A stretch of 64,000 nucleotides of DNA from Macrostomum lignano. Its lineage: Eukaryota. A program made the position numbers and the translations under genes. Where the stretch lies: assembly GCA_002269645.1 (NCBI GenBank), contig NIVC01001883.1, positions 62,001-126,000 on the forward strand. The letters are read 5' to 3'. This document shows positions 61,101 through 64,000 of this stretch, piece by piece. The notes under the pieces were generated by a model. That model was not told the origin of the DNA. It made no database searches and saw nothing but the letters and a program-made list of their open reading frames with translations. How positions within the stretch are numbered: position 1 is the stretch's first letter; each line of letters starts with the position of its first letter.

Positions 61101-62899
61101 CTGCTTGATAGTTGAGAGTGGCTGCTTGATAGTTGAGAGTGGCTGCTTGATAGTTGAGAGTGGCTGCTGATGGCTCAGTGCATTCACCAAAAGCTCTGTA
61201 GAGTTAAGCTGTGCTGGTCTGGGCTGCTTAGTACTCAGCTGAATGGGCTGATTGCACCACACCATCAAAGGCAGCCACCATGAGCGAGTGGCAAATTAGG
61301 CTGAGCTCCAGCTACCCTGCTGTGATTGGTTGGCAGCTCTGAGCTCCAGCTATCCTGTTGTGATTGGTTGGCAGCTCTGAGTTCCAGCTATCCCTCCTGT
61401 GATTGACTGGCAGCTCTGAGCTCCAGCTATCCCTCCTGTGATTGGTTGGCAGCTCTGAGCTCCAGCTATCCCTCCTGTGATTGGTTGGCAGCTCTGAGCT
61501 CCAGCTATCCCTCCTGTGATTGGTTGGCAGCTCTGAGTTGCGGCAGTGATACAAAGTGCTGCAACCCCTACAGCCTCAGCGGCAAGTACCAGCTGTACAC
61601 AGCTCCAGTTCAACAGACCGTTAATTAAAAAAATAAAAACACTGCTCTGAAGTGCACTCAATCTCTCACCCCCCCCCCCAATTTCAGTCGCTGGAGTCAA
61701 CCCGACGAATGGTGTCCATGTGCGAAGCGGTGAGTGAGGCGCCTGGCTGATGTGCCTTCACCTTATTGGCCGCTGCGAGAGAAAGGGAGGGTGACTGGGA
61801 GAAACAGGTAGATAAGGGCACAGGTGTGCACAGTTGTGCCAACCCACTGCTTACAGCGCACCGTGTCTCGCCGTCCCACTCTGCCGGTGGAATTCTGTGC
61901 TGTCTGTTTTTTGTCTTGTCTGCTATCAAACTTGTCAATCCATCAATATTGTTGGTGACACCTTCATAGCTTACTTTCAAGGTGAAGGGTGCTGAAAGTT
62001 CCCTTATCGCCTGACTCTCCCACTCCCTGACTCTCCCACTCCCTGAATCTCCCACTCCCTGACTCTCCCACTCCCTGACTCTCCCATTTCCTGACTCTCC
62101 TACTCCCTGACTCTCCCACTCCCTGACTCTCCCATTTCCTGACTCTCCCACTCCCTGACTCTCCCACTCCCTGACTCTCCTACTCCCTGACTCTCCCACT
62201 TCCTGACTCTCCCACTCCCTGACTCTCCCACTTCCTGACTCTCCTACTCCCTGACTCTCCCACTCCCTGACTCTCCCACTTCCTGACTCTCCTACTCCCT
62301 GACTCTCCCACTCCCTGACTCTCCCACTTCCTGACTCTCCTACTCCCTGACTCTCCCACTCCCTGACTCTCCCACTTCCTGACTCTCCTACTCCCTGACT
62401 CTCCCACTCCCTGACTCTCCCACTTCCTGACTCTCCTACTCCCTGACTCTCCCACTCCCTGACTCTCCCACTCCCTGACTCTCCCACACTCCCTGACTCT
62501 CCTACTCTCTGACTCTCCCACTCCCTGACTCTCCTACTCTCTGACTCTCCCACTCCCTGACTCTCTCACTCCCTGACTCTCCCGCTCTCTGACACTCCCA
62601 CTCTCTGACTCTCCCACTCCCTGACTCTCCCACTCTCTGACTCTCCCACTCCCTGACTCTCCAATTTTCACGCATCAGAATTTCAAGTAAATTTGGTATT
62701 TGCAGGTTGAGTTTCACTATTGGTACTCGTATAAGTTTTTCCCAACGTTTGTAGTCCAGTGATCCCGTGGATAAAATGCTCTTCATATCCGTCAACCTGT
62801 TCAGTTTACTTAATCTGTTTATTCCCCACCGCCCGCCTTCGCCTCTTCAGGCTAAGGAGGCCGGCATTTCCACTCTCGTGATGCTTGACGACCAAGGCG
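58122..62899 (+). CDS. SNAP25: SNAP-25 (partial; first three coding exons, continues beyond the window)
   Basis: Exons 58122-58208 (MSAPEQ..TELEEIQLLMNQKTDE), 61688-61729 (SLESTRRMVSMCEA, 42 nt) and 62851-62899 (AKEAGISTLVMLDDQG, 49 nt). Confidence 0.92.
60545..60637 (+). CDS. Putative alternative first coding exon of SNAP-25
   Basis: ATG..MAGAEEPADATAPPLTEADEIMLLVDRAQTE|GTAAAC; phase 0; similar to exon 58122-58208. Confidence 0.68.
60650..61170. repeat. 21-bp tandem repeat TGATAGTTGAGAGTGGCTGCT
   Basis: Direct reading. Confidence 0.96.
61305..61535. repeat. 39-bp tandem repeat (CTGAGCTCCAGCTATCCCTCCTGTGATTGGTTGGCAGCT)
   Basis: Direct reading. Confidence 0.92.
62010..62662. repeat. 16-bp tandem repeat CCCTGACTCTCCCACT
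   Basis: Direct reading. Confidence 0.96.
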
Positions 62900-63039
62900 G
62901 TGAGGCTCGCTTCCGTGTTGTGCTCTGATAATGCTAGTGGCTTCTTTCCTGCTGTAGCAATTAATGTTGTGTGAGACTGATGTCTGCTTTTCTGCACTTT
63001 TAGTTTTTTATTGATTTTTACCTGTTCAACATGATTGGA

Positions 63040-64000
63040 TGATTGGTCAGCTGGGATAATTGATCAGTTATGATAATTGGTCAGCTGGGAGATTTGGTCA
63101 GCTGGGAGAATTGGTCAGTTGGGATAATTGGTCAGCTGGGATAATTGGTCAGCTGGGATAATTGGTCAGTTGGGAGAATTGGTCAGCTGGGATAATTGAT
63201 CAGTTATGATAATTGGTCAGCTGGGAGATTTGGTCAGCTGGGAGAATTGGTCAGTTGGGATAATTGGTCAGCTGGGAGAATTGGTCAGTTGGGATAATTG
63301 GTCAGCTGGGATAATTGGTCAGCTGGGATAATTGGTCAGTTGGGATAATTGGTCAGCTGGGAGAATTGGTCAGTTGGGATAATTGGTCAGCTGGGATAAT
63401 TGGTCAGCTGGGATAATTGGTCAGCTGGGAGAATTGGTCAGTTGGGATAATTGGTCAGCTGGGATAATTGGTCAGTTGGGATAATTGGTCAGTTGGGATA
63501 ATTGGTCAGCTGGGATAATTGGTCAGCTGGGATAATTGGTCAGCTGGGAGAAATGGTCAGTTGAGATAATTGGTCAGCTGGGAGAAATGGTCAGCTGGGA
63601 TAATTGGTCAGTTGGGATAATTGGTCAGCTGGGAGAATTGGTCAGTTGGGATAATTGGTCAGCTGGGATAATTGGTCAGCTGGGATAATTGGTCAGCTGG
63701 GAGAATTGGTCAGCTGGGAGAAATGGTCAGCTGGGATAATTGGTCAGTTGGGATAATTGGTCAGCTGGGAGAATTGGTCAGTTGGGATAATTGGTCAGCT
63801 GGGATAATTGGTCAGCTGGGATAATTGGTCAGCTGGGAGAATTGGTCAGTTGGGATAATTGGTCAGCTGGGATAATTGGTCAGTTGGGATAATTGGTCAG
63901 TTGGGATAATTGGTCAGCTGGGATAATTGGTCAGCTGGGATAATTGGTCAGCTGGGATAATTGGTCAGTTGGGATAATTGGTCAGCTTGGAGAAATGGTC
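63040..64000. repeat. 17-bp tandem repeat TGGTCAGCTGGGATAAT, running off the window end
   Basis: Direct reading. Confidence 0.96.

Noticed and set aside
60660-62795. ORFs IVESGCL, GRVREWESQ and similar
   Set aside because: Stop-free frames of SNAP25 intronic tandem repeats.

Overview
Eukaryotic, repeat-rich genomic DNA with GT-AG introns. It is probably from a flatworm: it carries an EF-hand/dynein-light-chain TAL gene, and the GC-rich exons and minisatellite-filled introns suggest Macrostomum (inference, not proven). Bases 1-16 kb are a transposon nest. It contains a hAT MITE, a foldback-like element, a THAP/P-type transposase in two opposed pieces and a truncated Gypsy pol. It also contains a full-length Ingi-like LINE (8237-15750, minus strand, 10-bp TSD, 5' HDV-like ribozyme, 2A-like peptide, 2xPHD-APE-RT-RNaseH). 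That LINE is interrupted by a 3.3-kb mini-Polinton/adintovirus-like element (11982-15269, AGTAG...CTACT termini, 6-bp TSD) encoding only a parvovirus-type PLA2, an rve integrase, a probable penton and a small ORF. Bases 16-21 kb encode a large tandem-LRAT-domain membrane protein. Bases 22-28 kb hold a SINE, a MITE and an RTE LINE. Bases 29-64 kb hold host genes: APEX1, a putative mitochondrial helical protein, CPTP-like, SUPT7L-like, a secreted TULIP-like protein, an EXD1-like pseudonuclease, a TAL protein and the 5' part of SNAP25 with an apparently duplicated first exon. These are interleaved with many minisatellites, including an 8.5-kb array of a 28-bp unit. Several frameshifts fall in homopolymers and may be assembly errors. 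All family assignments come from motif recognition by eye; no database searches were run.
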